A stretch of 64,000 nt of DNA from an uncultured Bacteroidales bacterium (GTDB taxonomy: Bacteria > Bacteroidota > Bacteroidia > Bacteroidales > WCHB1-69). A program made the position numbers and the translations under genes. Shown piece after piece: positions 23,855 through 33,273 of this stretch (positions are counted from its first letter, which is position 1; each line of letters opens with the position of its first letter). Below the pieces are notes generated by a model. That model saw only the letters and a program-made list of their open reading frames with translations. It did not search any database and was not told the origin of the DNA. Location: positions 32,599 through 96,598 of the forward strand of contig CAMHNQ010000003.1 of NCBI GenBank assembly GCA_946186495.1. The letters are read 5' to 3'.

Positions 23855-26194
23855 CTAAACCACCTCTATCGTGCCTTTGTTCGCATTCATTCTGACATGG
23901 TCGCCGTTCTTCAGCAGTTTCGTGGCACCCTTGACATTGACCACGGCTGGCAGTCCGTATTCCCGTGCGACAACAGCCCCGTGCGACAAGGAGGAGCCGA
24001 TTTCGGTAATCAGCCCGTTGACGATGGAATAGTAAGGGGTCCAGCCGATGTCCGTGAATCTTGCCACCATAATCTCGCCTTTCTTCAGCTGATTCGCATC
24101 ATCGATGGAATAGACCAGATGAACCACCCCTTCGCACTGGCCGTTGGAGACTGGGACACCTTTCAGCACACCTTCACTCTGGCCGATGTCCAGGGCATCC
24201 GGCACCGGCTTGCCGATATAGACATCGTCGAAAGAAAGCTCCTCCTGGATGGCATAAGCCTTCCGCCTTCTGACGGCCAAGGGCACGAGAATCGTGTCGC
24301 CGCCGATAAGCCGGCCGATTTCGTCATGTGTCAGGAAATAGATCAAATCGGCATCGGGAATCATGCCGTCAGCCACCAAGAGACGTGCCAGACGGGCATA
24401 CTGTGTCTTGAAAATATCGATGATTTCTATCAAACGGGATTTCGTGTACTCACGATCCACGACAGCCTGCCGGGACTTCTTGGCGAAACTGATGGAGACA
24501 GCCTTCAACAGAGGGCTTTTGATGAAGGAAAACTCGTCCCGAAGGTCAAGATCGCTCCCTCCTTGGACGAGACTCATCGGCGACCTGATGATGCTCTGCA
24601 GATAGTTCATAAGCGGGAGTTCGTCCTCCCTCCACGGCTTGTTCCTCAACTCCGCCTCCTTGATGCACCGATGGCCATGGCGTTCAATGAATGTCCGGTA
24701 ATTCGCGGCAATCTCCGCATCGCCCCTGATGTATTCCAACAGCTGCCCGGACGTGTAACCGACAGCTTCCGGCCTCCGCTCTTTGATCTGTCGCGCCAAA
24801 TCCTGCAACCGCGACAATATATCGGCACTCTCAATATCCGGAATGTTCGACAACAGGTGAGACAAAAACGACTGATACTCCTTTTTGTCAGGAAAATATT
24901 TGTCCAACAGCCGGTAAAGTGTGCTGGACGCGCTACCGGAATAGGAGGACGAGGCGTAATGGTAGATGAGACTCTCGTCAAGATAGGCGAGGTTGTCATT
25001 GATGTTTCTGTACAGTTCCTGTCCGGAAGAGGTTTCGGGGAATTGAATCTTGGGCAGCAGATCGTCAAGCTTCTTCATCGCGCGGTTCCCGGAGAGCACA
25101 TAATGGAGGAACTTCACGGAATTGACGGTGCGCACGAAGGGATTGGCGAACGGGACGGAGACGGGCGGGCAATCGTAGTATTCGCCCATGATGGACAAAT
25201 TCATCGACTGGGGGTCCGCGACGGCGACTTTCGCGTTCATATTGTACAGCAGGTTCATGTCGAAGAACAGGTGTCCGGAGATGGAAGAGATCAGTCTCAG
25301 GGGTTTCTCTTCAAAGGGCGACTTATATGCGCCGGCCTTGTAGAGCATGTAGCGCATGCCGTAGTCGATGGCTTTCGCCGAGGTCGAAAGAGTCAGCGGG
25401 GTGACCGCTCCCGGCATCATTTCACCGACATTCCTCTTGGTGAACAGATGTCCGCTCAAATCCTCATCCCGGTCGAACTCTTCAATGTCAACGACCTCAG
25501 TCGTGACAGGGCGCATCTGCAGCAGGAACAACACCCCGTCTTTCATGGCCCACTCAAGGTCCTGCTCGCCGCCGAAAATTTTCCGGGCGTTTTTTGCCGT
25601 CTCATACAGCCGTTTGACCTCGTCATCCGCAAGCAGGTCATCGCCGCAGGGCCGGTAACACTTGCGGGATATCTCGTAACGGTGGGCGCTGGCCTGCCCG
25701 GAGACCAGGCGCTCGCCCTGCCCGGCCACCGCCTCTATCAATATGGCCGAGCCGTTATTCGGACTGGCCGTGAAAAGAACTCCAGCCTTGTCGCTGTCAA
25801 CCATCTCTTGGACAACGACATTCATCGTCCCAGTCCCCAAGTCAAAATGCCGGGCATAATCCTTCACCCTACGGGTGTTCAAGGACTCCAGGCATTTTCT
25901 CACGCTCTCAACAAGATGCTGGCGGTCAACAAACAGGCAGGTTTCATATTGGCCTGCGTTGGAAGCCTCCGTCTGATCCTCGTTCGAGGCTGAAGAGCGC
26001 ACCGACACCAGCCCCGCACCCAGCGTGTCGAATGCCTGATACAGTGGCTCTTCCTCTATCTGGTCGATTTGTGTGACGACAAAACCCCTGGGAACTTTGA
26101 AATTGTGCCTGACCAGCTGGTCCAATCCCTTTGCCTTTCCTCCAACAGTCTGATACACCGTCTCGGGCAACTTCCCCAACTGATATATTTTCAT
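23855..26194 (-). CDS. PEP-utilising phosphotransferase, rifampin-phosphotransferase (RPH)-like three-domain architecture
   Basis: N-terminal PPDK_N/ATP-grasp pattern (VGGKAKGL, VRSSASNED, DLEWAMKDG..LLQMRPVT). Central NVGEMMPGAVTPLTLS segment as in RPH substrate domains. C-terminal swivel His domain (GSSLSHGAVVAREYGLPAVV). 779 aa. Confidence 0.8.
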   Translation of the reverse strand: MKIYQLGKLPETVYQTVGGKAKGLDQLVRHNFKVPRGFVVTQIDQIEEEPLYQAFDTLGAGLVSVRSSASNEDQTEASNAGQYETCLFVDRQHLVESVRKCLESLNTRRVKDYARHFDLGTGTMNVVVQEMVDSDKAGVLFTASPNNGSAILIEAVAGQGERLVSGQASAHRYEISRKCYRPCGDDLLADDEVKRLYETAKNARKIFGGEQDLEWAMKDGVLFLLQMRPVTTEVVDIEEFDRDEDLSGHLFTKRNVGEMMPGAVTPLTLSTSAKAIDYGMRYMLYKAGAYKSPFEEKPLRLISSISGHLFFDMNLLYNMNAKVAVADPQSMNLSIMGEYYDCPPVSVPFANPFVRTVNSVKFLHYVLSGNRAMKKLDDLLPKIQFPETSSGQELYRNINDNLAYLDESLIYHYASSSYSGSASSTLYRLLDKYFPDKKEYQSFLSHLLSNIPDIESADILSRLQDLARQIKERRPEAVGYTSGQLLEYIRGDAEIAANYRTFIERHGHRCIKEAELRNKPWREDELPLMNYLQSIIRSPMSLVQGGSDLDLRDEFSFIKSPLLKAVSISFAKKSRQAVVDREYTKSRLIEIIDIFKTQYARLARLLVADGMIPDADLIYFLTHDEIGRLIGGDTILVPLAVRRRKAYAIQEELSFDDVYIGKPVPDALDIGQSEGVLKGVPVSNGQCEGVVHLVYSIDDANQLKKGEIMVARFTDIGWTPYYSIVNGLITEIGSSLSHGAVVAREYGLPAVVNVKGATKLLKNGDHVRMNANKGTIEVV

Positions 26195-27207
26195 CTCTTG
26201 ATATTTTTCAGATCCTTTTGGTTAAAATAACGGCTCCGGTCTCCATTAAAACCGATTTCCATAATACCCCGGCAGTTCTTCCCGTCAATCACAAACTCCG
26301 CGACATTCTCGTGCAGGACATATTGCCCGTTCTGAAAATGGTAGGTGACGCCCGCCAAGGGTTTGGAGAGAACATGCATCCTCCGTCCGTCGTCCAGGTC
26401 CACATTCAGCGACAATTCGCGGGGGACGGTTCCGAAGCTGACCTGACGGAGATCCAGATCGGCCCGCCGGAGATAGCGCTGCCCGTCTTCGTCACGGCAA
26501 TTACCTACCTCCAGCACCGTCATCACCGGATAGGAGACCATGGAGTAGTTGAACTGGAGAGATGGGGAGACCGCCATGAGCCAAAGATGGTTGTTCATAT
26601 AGTTCCAGTCGCGTCGCCCGAACGAATGGTCGCGCACACAGGGAAGTTGGAAACGGTACGTTCTGCCATTCAGGACCATTTGGCCTTCCAGGACGCCTTC
26701 CTGCTCATAATGGCACTGGCCGCTGACATTCTGCAACTCCCCGAAGAACGCCCTGCTCCACTTCTCGTTGGCAATGCCCGCTGCCATTCTCTCGGCAGGC
26801 ATGTCGCTTGTGAAATCGACAGGCTTCTGCGTGGCGACAAAGGTCGCATCGAAAGCGACTTGGTCGCTCTCGTTCAGCAGGCCATGGAAAGAGACCCCCC
26901 AGCGGTCGCCATTTTTCTCCACGACGACCGGAGATTGCCCGCTCGGGAACGTCTCCTGTTTCAACGAATACAGTTCACCCCCGATGAAGAGGGCAAACCA
27001 CGCCTCGTCCACGCCAGCCCTCCTGCCCAAGCGTGCGAAGAGGGACATCTCCTCGCCATGTGCTGAGAAATAATAGGAGTTATTCACCATCGGGTCTCTG
27101 ATGCCCTCTATCGAAAAACTCTCGGCAAACCGGTAATCAAAGGGATTTTGTCTGTTCCTTTTGCCGATAGCCTTGCTCATCAGAAACTTTTTCAAATTGT
27201 ACAACAT
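26191..27207 (-). CDS. hypothetical protein co-transcribed with the RPH-like gene
   Basis: 338-aa ORF whose stop overlaps the downstream start by 4 nt. No signal peptide. Family not recognised. RDHSFGRRDW is faintly reminiscent of CrtC/AttH-like beta-barrel proteins (low confidence). Confidence 0.65.
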   Translation of the reverse strand: MLYNLKKFLMSKAIGKRNRQNPFDYRFAESFSIEGIRDPMVNNSYYFSAHGEEMSLFARLGRRAGVDEAWFALFIGGELYSLKQETFPSGQSPVVVEKNGDRWGVSFHGLLNESDQVAFDATFVATQKPVDFTSDMPAERMAAGIANEKWSRAFFGELQNVSGQCHYEQEGVLEGQMVLNGRTYRFQLPCVRDHSFGRRDWNYMNNHLWLMAVSPSLQFNYSMVSYPVMTVLEVGNCRDEDGQRYLRRADLDLRQVSFGTVPRELSLNVDLDDGRRMHVLSKPLAGVTYHFQNGQYVLHENVAEFVIDGKNCRGIMEIGFNGDRSRYFNQKDLKNIKR

Positions 27208-27246
27208 AAAGAAGCCTTAATCTATGAGACACAATCCTTTTTTTGG

Positions 27247-27254
27247 CAAAATTA
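27247..27254 (-). promoter_or_regulatory. -7 box TAATTTTG (second match TATTTTTG at 27262-27269)
   Basis: TAnnTTTG matches 39 and 54 nt upstream of ATG 27207. Confidence 0.4.
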
Positions 27255-27310
27255 AAGTCGGCAAAAATAAAAAAATCATCAATGTTTTCGACACATCGTT
27301 CCCTTATACC

Positions 27311-27461
27311 CAGGGTTTACGCATCAACTTTTTTATTTGGGCGAGCCAGCGCGGATTAGGAGACGACGCTTCCAAGCGTCGCAATGCATACGCCGGCGAT
27401 TCATCCAACCGCTGATATGCAGTGCCTGTCACGGTCGGCGAATATGTGTTTTGTACAAAAT
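27311..27461 (+). mobile_element. solo left end (151 bp) of the same ISAs1-like element
   Basis: Collinear with 23163-23313 with 3 mismatches. Ends exactly where the transposase ATG would start. Confidence 0.65.
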
Positions 27462-27468
27462 TTAGTTA

Positions 27469-27571
27469 TTGAGTCCACCTGAAAAAGTCAAAATTGACGA
27501 TTTTTTTGCTTGTAACACATTGACAATCAAATATTAGTTTTAATGAAAACCACTTTTTCAAGTGGACTCAA
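27469..27571. mobile_element. 103-bp MITE-like element, copy 2
   Basis: Same TIRs as 4473-4575, 1 mismatch in 103 bp. Begins 7 bp after the IS fragment. Confidence 0.6.
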
Positions 27572-27775
27572 AATTTTATTTCAGAAAGACAACTTGGGCA
27601 GCTTGGACAATTTGGACAACAAAGAATCCATTCCTGCTTTTTTTTCATCTGCAGGTCCCTGTGTGGGGTGGGTCGGCTGGGAGTGTGGCTGCGTTAGGAT
27701 TTCGTGCCTCCGGCACGCCGCGCGGCCGGCAAATGGATATCCTTTTCCGCATGCGGAGTTTGTATGAAAAATGTG

Positions 27776-27783
27776 TATTTTTG
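27776..27783 (+). promoter_or_regulatory. -7 box TATTTTTG
   Basis: TAnnTTTG match 20 nt upstream of ATG 27804. Confidence 0.5.
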
Positions 27784-27803
27784 CAGGCTAAAAGAGAAAG
27801 GAC

Positions 27804-29399
27804 ATGAAAAAGACATTTTTACTGATAGCGGCCGTGCTTATAGGGTTCGCACTTCGGGCGCAAAGTGCCGCAGACATAGAGTCGGACGGCATGGAGTGCA
27901 CCTCCATCACCGTCGGGAAAAAGGCATCGGCGGACGGGTCTGTGATGACCTCTCACACCGACGACAGCCACCGTACGCGGACGAACATCTACGTGACCCC
28001 CGCCATGGACCACGAGCGTGGGGAGAAAGTGACGATGTATCGTCGGGAATGGGCCAAGAAGCAGATTCCCGGTCAGATGCAGCGCTACGACAACATCCCC
28101 ATCGGGGAGATTCCGGAGGTGGAGCACACCTACCAGTTCCTCAACACGGCCTACCCCTGCGTCAACGAGGCGCAATTGGCCATCGGGGAGTCGACTTTCG
28201 GAGGCCGCCCCGAGCTGAAGTCCGACAGCGGGCTGATCGACTGCCAGCGGCTCTGCCAGCTGCTGCTGCAACGGTGCTGTACGGCTCGCGAGGCCATCGA
28301 GACCGCAGGTGTCCTGCTCAAGAAGTACGGATGGATTGACGCCGGCGAGTGCCTGACCATCGCCGACAAGGACGAGGTGTGGCACCTCGAGATCCTTGGC
28401 CCCGGCAAGGGCAAGCTCGGCGCCGTATGGGCCGCACAGCGCGTGCCCGACGACCACGTAGCCGTCAACGCCAACGCTTCCACCATCCGCGAAATCAACC
28501 TCAAGGACAAGGACTACTTCATGGCTTCGGAGAACGTCCATTCCCTGGCCCGCGAGAACGGCTGGTGGGACGGCAAGGAGCCCTTCCGCTTCGCCTACGC
28601 CTACGCGCCGCAGACCCGCACCATGATGGCCTGCCGCCGCCGCGAATGGCGAGTCTTCGACCTCGTGGCCCCCTCCCTGCACCTCGACCCCAACGCCGAG
28701 AACTTCCCCTTCTCCGTCAAACCCGACACCCTCGTCTCTCTGGAAAAGATGATGAGCATCTTCAAAGACTACTACGAAGGCACTCCCTACGACATGCGCA
28801 AAACACTGACCGTCACCGACAAAGACGGCAAAACCGTCATCTCCCCTATGGCCAACCCCTTCATGAAACTCGACGAGCTGAAGCTGCACCGCATCAATGG
28901 CGGCTGGAACGAACGCGGCGAACGCAGCATCGCCGTCCACTTCACCGTGTACGGCACCATCATCCAATGCCGTAACTGGCTGCCCGACGAGGTGGGCGCC
29001 CTCTGCTGGTTCGCCCTCGACAACGTCGCCTCCTCCATCTACGTGCCCATCTACGCCAACGTCTCCGACCTGCCCGAAACCTACAAGACCGACGGCCGCG
29101 TCACCGGATTCAGCAAAGAGGCCGCCTGGTGGGCCTTCAACCGCGTCGGCACCCTCGCCGCTCAACGGTGGGGCGACATGCACGTCTTGATTGACAAAGC
29201 CTGGGCGCCCATGCAACAAGAATTCATCACTGAGCACCGGGTCATCGAACAGGAAGCCCTGGAACTCATCAACCAGGACCGATATGAGGAGGCCATCCAA
29301 ATACTCACCAACTTCACCGACAACTGCGGCAACGAAGCCGTGGAACGTGCATGGAAACTCGGCGACGAAATATGGACCGCCTTTGACGGCATGTGGTGA
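27804..29399 (+). CDS. secreted C69-family dipeptidase
   Basis: Signal peptide, then CTSITVGKKASADGSVMTSHTDDS (N-terminal Cys nucleophile pattern of peptidase C69). 531 aa. Confidence 0.85.
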   Translation: MKKTFLLIAAVLIGFALRAQSAADIESDGMECTSITVGKKASADGSVMTSHTDDSHRTRTNIYVTPAMDHERGEKVTMYRREWAKKQIPGQMQRYDNIPIGEIPEVEHTYQFLNTAYPCVNEAQLAIGESTFGGRPELKSDSGLIDCQRLCQLLLQRCCTAREAIETAGVLLKKYGWIDAGECLTIADKDEVWHLEILGPGKGKLGAVWAAQRVPDDHVAVNANASTIREINLKDKDYFMASENVHSLARENGWWDGKEPFRFAYAYAPQTRTMMACRRREWRVFDLVAPSLHLDPNAENFPFSVKPDTLVSLEKMMSIFKDYYEGTPYDMRKTLTVTDKDGKTVISPMANPFMKLDELKLHRINGGWNERGERSIAVHFTVYGTIIQCRNWLPDEVGALCWFALDNVASSIYVPIYANVSDLPETYKTDGRVTGFSKEAAWWAFNRVGTLAAQRWGDMHVLIDKAWAPMQQEFITEHRVIEQEALELINQDRYEEAIQILTNFTDNCGNEAVERAWKLGDEIWTAFDGMW

Positions 29400-29457
29400 T
29401 TTGAAACTTGAAACGATGCCTTGAGATTTGTGATTTTGTAACATTATTACCGAAAAT

Positions 29458-30219
29458 ATGATTCCCGCTATATACGAAAATCAATTCCACATACCTTCCT
29501 ATTTTGTAGACGACCGGGCGGAACTCACCCCGAACGCGCTGCTAAGCCTGCTGCAGGAAATGAGCAACAACCACGCTTCCATCCTCGGCGCCGGCTGGCA
29601 TGACCTGCGCCAGAAAGGCTTCTTCTGGGTAATCACCAGATTACAGCTGAAAATCAAACGAATGCCTCAATGGACAGAATCCGTACTGCTTCGCTCATGG
29701 GTGCGCAAGTCCGACGCCGCCACCTCCCCAAGAGACTACGAGATGCTCGACGCTCACGGCAACACTCTCATCGCCGGCAGCTCGGTGTGGGCTATCCTCG
29801 ACACCGCCGAGGGACATCCACAAAGAATGGACCAATTCGACGGGGGATTCCTTCCGCAAGAAAGGAGCACTCTCGACAGAAAACCACAGAAAATCAACGC
29901 CCTGCAACTCCCTGACACCCCGAAAAACCTCAAAGAAGTGTTGCCCTCTGACATCGACATGAACCACCACGTCAACAACGCACACTACATCCAATGGGCC
30001 TTCGATTCCGTCAACGAATCCTTCCGACAAAGCCATCAACTCCAGGAACTGACCGTCAACTTCCTGTCCCAAGCAAAATTGGGCGACTGCTACTCCGTCT
30101 ATTCAAAACGCGTCTCCGACACCTCGTACCAGACCACCCTCTACTCCCCCGAAAACCGGCAGGAATACTGCCGCATCCTCACAAACTGGCAACCAAACCA
30201 TAATCACTTAAACAGTTAG
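29458..30219 (+). CDS. acyl-ACP thioesterase
   Basis: Double hot-dog pattern: GFFWVITRLQLKIKR and DIDMNHHVNNAHYIQW. 253 aa. Confidence 0.8.
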   Translation: MIPAIYENQFHIPSYFVDDRAELTPNALLSLLQEMSNNHASILGAGWHDLRQKGFFWVITRLQLKIKRMPQWTESVLLRSWVRKSDAATSPRDYEMLDAHGNTLIAGSSVWAILDTAEGHPQRMDQFDGGFLPQERSTLDRKPQKINALQLPDTPKNLKEVLPSDIDMNHHVNNAHYIQWAFDSVNESFRQSHQLQELTVNFLSQAKLGDCYSVYSKRVSDTSYQTTLYSPENRQEYCRILTNWQPNHNHLNS

Positions 30220-30220
30220 C

Positions 30221-30811
30221 ATGTACATCAATGAACGTCTGTTCCGTGAGTTCCTGCAGATTCACGAAATCCTGTGGGTGGGCATCAACTTCTCCAAAGC
30301 CAAGTTCACCCGCACGGGATTCAACTTCTCCCAGGATATCATGCAACACTATTTTCATGAATGGAACATGCTGATCCTGAACGACCAAAAGAAATACGAC
30401 ATCCGGATGAGTTTCCGGAAACCCGTGATGCAATACGACCTTTCCACCATAACGAAACTCAACAAATCCGTAAAAGTCAACGACTTGCTCACCCGTTTCA
30501 TCAGCGCGAAGAATGTCATGACCGATGATCAGATCCGCGAATACGTGGAGACACTTTCGCTGCCCAAAAGCCTGCCTTTCGCCCTGACCTTCGTGGTCGA
30601 GTCGTTCGACACATCCGTGAAGACCGCCTCCATCTGGGTCGTCATCACCAAAACCGAATCGCAGGAGGTGATTCTCTGCGAGAAATTCCTCAAAACACCC
30701 GCCGGCCTCGGCACTCGGAACTATTGGGCCCGCACTTTCTACAACGTCTTCTACGACATACAGTCCAACGCCTTCCTCCGCTGGGAAAACATGGTGAAAC
30801 CCACCTCGTAA
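30221..30811 (+). CDS. hypothetical protein
   Basis: 196-aa ORF starting 1 nt after the thioesterase stop. No recognisable motifs. Confidence 0.55.
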   Translation: MYINERLFREFLQIHEILWVGINFSKAKFTRTGFNFSQDIMQHYFHEWNMLILNDQKKYDIRMSFRKPVMQYDLSTITKLNKSVKVNDLLTRFISAKNVMTDDQIREYVETLSLPKSLPFALTFVVESFDTSVKTASIWVVITKTESQEVILCEKFLKTPAGLGTRNYWARTFYNVFYDIQSNAFLRWENMVKPTS

Positions 30812-30897
30812 ACCAAGGACGTGAAACCCACGATTCGTCATCCGCGCCGTTCAAGAATCCATTGCCGAATCCTCTCGGAACAGTGGACAGCGCGCGG

Positions 30898-32130
30898 TTA
30901 CAAGTCACACAGGTACAAATTCGCATCCCCATAGCTGAGAAACCGATAGCCATGGTCGAGTGCATGCCGGTATATTTTCCGCCATCCGTCGCCCAGGAAG
31001 TTGGAAATCAGCAGCAGCAACGTGCTTTTCGGCTGATGGAAATTCGTGATGAGGCCGTCCACGATGTGGCGGGTGTAGGTGGGGAGGATGATGAGGCGCG
31101 TGCCGGCACGGAGCATGTCCGTGTCGTGGTCACGGAGATATGCCAGGATGGCCGACAACGACTGCTCCACCGTCACCTTGTGGATTTCCGGAACGTCATA
31201 GGTCTCCCACTGCTCCACTAACAGCGGGTTTGGCAGCTGCAGGTGCATCTTCGCGCCGATGACGAAAAGCGACTCAAGCGTCCGGGTGACCGTGGTCCCC
31301 ACGGCAATCAGCCTTTTCTCCCTGTTATCCAACAATTCACGTACAAAATCCTCCGTGATCACAATCTTCTCCTCGTGCATGAAATGCCCCCCGATGGTCT
31401 CCGACGAGACCGGCTTGAAAGTCCCGGCTCCAACGTGCAGGGTGACATATTCCGTCTGGACCCCCCTCGCGTTAAGCTTGCGCAGAAGCTCCTCGGTAAA
31501 ATGCAGGCCGGCCGTGGGCGCCGCCACGGAACCGTCATAACGGGCGTACACCGTCTGGTAGCGTTGCGCATCGCTTTCCTCGGCATCCCGGTGGATGTAG
31601 GGCGGCAACGGCACTTTCCCGTAGGCCTCAATCCACTCGGCAAACGAGACATCGGCCTCGTCCCACGTGAACGTCACCTCAAACGTCCCCTCGACTACCT
31701 CGCCTCTTTCGGCACGGACACGCACAACCCGCTTACCCATAGGCACTTCTATATACAAAGGAGATTTCCACTTGCGGGCGTTGCCCACCATGCACTTCCA
31801 CGTCACGGCACCGCTGAGCGAAAAGGCCACGGCAGGATCCGTGGAAGGGGCAAGGGGTTCCAAACAGAAAATCTCGATGGCGGCCCCCGTGGCGTTGTGC
31901 ACCGGCAAACGCGCGTGAATCACTTTGGAGTTGTTGAACACCAACCAGTCACGCTCACCCAAAAAGTCAGGCAGGGAATTAAACCGCGCATCCGTAACAG
32001 TATCCTCATCCCTATCATATATCAACAATTTGGAACTGTCACGCTGCTCCACAGGGTAATATGCGATGCGCGAATCCGGCAACGGATAGTCGTAGTCCTC
32101 AATACGTATGTTTCGGTTCTTGTCTGTCAT
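30898..32130 (-). CDS. queA: S-adenosylmethionine:tRNA ribosyltransferase-isomerase
   Basis: VAAPTAGLHFT, GTTVTRTLES and ITNFHQPKSTLLLL motifs. ATG 32130 (MTDKNRNIRIEDY) is chosen. Confidence 0.9.
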   Translation of the reverse strand: MTDKNRNIRIEDYDYPLPDSRIAYYPVEQRDSSKLLIYDRDEDTVTDARFNSLPDFLGERDWLVFNNSKVIHARLPVHNATGAAIEIFCLEPLAPSTDPAVAFSLSGAVTWKCMVGNARKWKSPLYIEVPMGKRVVRVRAERGEVVEGTFEVTFTWDEADVSFAEWIEAYGKVPLPPYIHRDAEESDAQRYQTVYARYDGSVAAPTAGLHFTEELLRKLNARGVQTEYVTLHVGAGTFKPVSSETIGGHFMHEEKIVITEDFVRELLDNREKRLIAVGTTVTRTLESLFVIGAKMHLQLPNPLLVEQWETYDVPEIHKVTVEQSLSAILAYLRDHDTDMLRAGTRLIILPTYTRHIVDGLITNFHQPKSTLLLLISNFLGDGWRKIYRHALDHGYRFLSYGDANLYLCDL

Positions 32131-32263
32131 GGCGGCAAAAATAGCAAAAATAAGCACTCCTGACAACTAAAGACCGTCGTAAATTATCAACCCGTCAACT
32201 TGGTTCAGTCGCAAGGCGCAAAAGCGACAACATAAATCAGCGAATAACAACCGAAAACAGCCT

Positions 32264-32360
32264 TTACCCTTACTTCACCCTGCTTTCACCCTTACTCTAC
32301 CCTTACTCAAGAGTATATCTAGAGTAAGCCTGTAAGCAGGCTATAAGCAGGCTGTAGGCA
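32264..32360. repeat. imperfect long palindrome built from short direct repeats
   Basis: Left arm carries cccttact x3; right arm carries taagcaggct x2. Centre is CTTACTC-N13-GAGTAAG. Lies in the queA/OMP divergent intergenic region. Confidence 0.45.
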
Positions 32361-32461
32361 GTGGCGGACGCGATTAATCACGGCCGCACGTTTTTAACAA
32401 TTATTAACTTGACAGACCTCCCTTTTTTTTGTATATTTGCATTGAAACAATTTATAAAACC

Positions 32462-33253
32462 ATGAAAATAGGAAAAACCAGTAAAACACTGATTATATGC
32501 TGTTTATGTATATACAACCTACAGCCGGCGGCATCACAGGAGTGGCTGTTCCGCGCCCATAGCAGCGAAATCTTTCCGGAGTCACCTGCAACGGGATGCT
32601 TCCTCTCCTCATTCGCGGACATGCGTCTGCGTGACGACTTCGGCATGAAGGAGATGATGCACGCCCAGGTCAACGGGAACTGGGTGAGTGGCGGAAACTG
32701 CCTGCTGACGTCTTTGGCGCACTATGGCTACACACACTACGGGGACCTCCAGCTCGCCGTAGGCTACGGGCGAAACTTCGGCAACCGTTTCTCGCTGTGT
32801 ACCAGACTGTTTTATTCAGTACAACATGCCCGCGACTACCCAGCCCGGCACTCCATCTCCACCGACTTCGCGTTCGCCTGCCGGATAACCCCGACGTTAT
32901 GGGTGGAGACCACCGTCTTCAACCCGTTCTTGATGCGTTACGGCTTGATTGGCAAGGAGGTGATCCCGCTGAAGTTTTCCATCAGTTGCGGCTACCTGCC
33001 CTCCCGGAAGCTGCTGGTCGCCCTAACGATGTCGAAAAGCCTCCCGGGGGCATGGGAAATCAACGGGCGCATCCTCACACAAGCCGCCCAACCACTTCTG
33101 CTCGCCGCCGACTGCTCTAGCCACCGCATCGCACTGACCGTCAGCATTGTACACAAGCGTTTCCTCTTCAACATCCAAACCGCCTGGCATTACCGCATCG
33201 CGCTCTCGCCCCGAATCGGGATGAGCGTCTTCCCTGAAAACATGAAACCCTAA
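32462..33253 (+). CDS. hypothetical protein, possible outer-membrane beta-barrel
   Basis: ATG 32462 (MKIGKTSKTLIICCL) with a signal-like N-terminus. Alternating aromatic/polar segments. Family not recognised. Confidence 0.5.
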   Translation: MKIGKTSKTLIICCLCIYNLQPAASQEWLFRAHSSEIFPESPATGCFLSSFADMRLRDDFGMKEMMHAQVNGNWVSGGNCLLTSLAHYGYTHYGDLQLAVGYGRNFGNRFSLCTRLFYSVQHARDYPARHSISTDFAFACRITPTLWVETTVFNPFLMRYGLIGKEVIPLKFSISCGYLPSRKLLVALTMSKSLPGAWEINGRILTQAAQPLLLAADCSSHRIALTVSIVHKRFLFNIQTAWHYRIALSPRIGMSVFPENMKP

Positions 33254-33273
33254 ACTTAACACCGCTATTCGCC

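Noticed and set aside
23813-25993. 726-aa ORF antisense to the RPH-like gene
   Set aside because: No recognisable motifs and an R/G/D/H-rich composition. The opposite strand encodes a complete three-domain enzyme with catalytic motifs.
27819-29444. 541-aa ORF antisense to the C69 dipeptidase gene
   Set aside because: The product is low-complexity G/V/D/H/A-rich with no motifs. The sense strand gives a signal peptide and the C69 nucleophile motif. This is a typical shadow ORF of a GC-rich, codon-biased gene.
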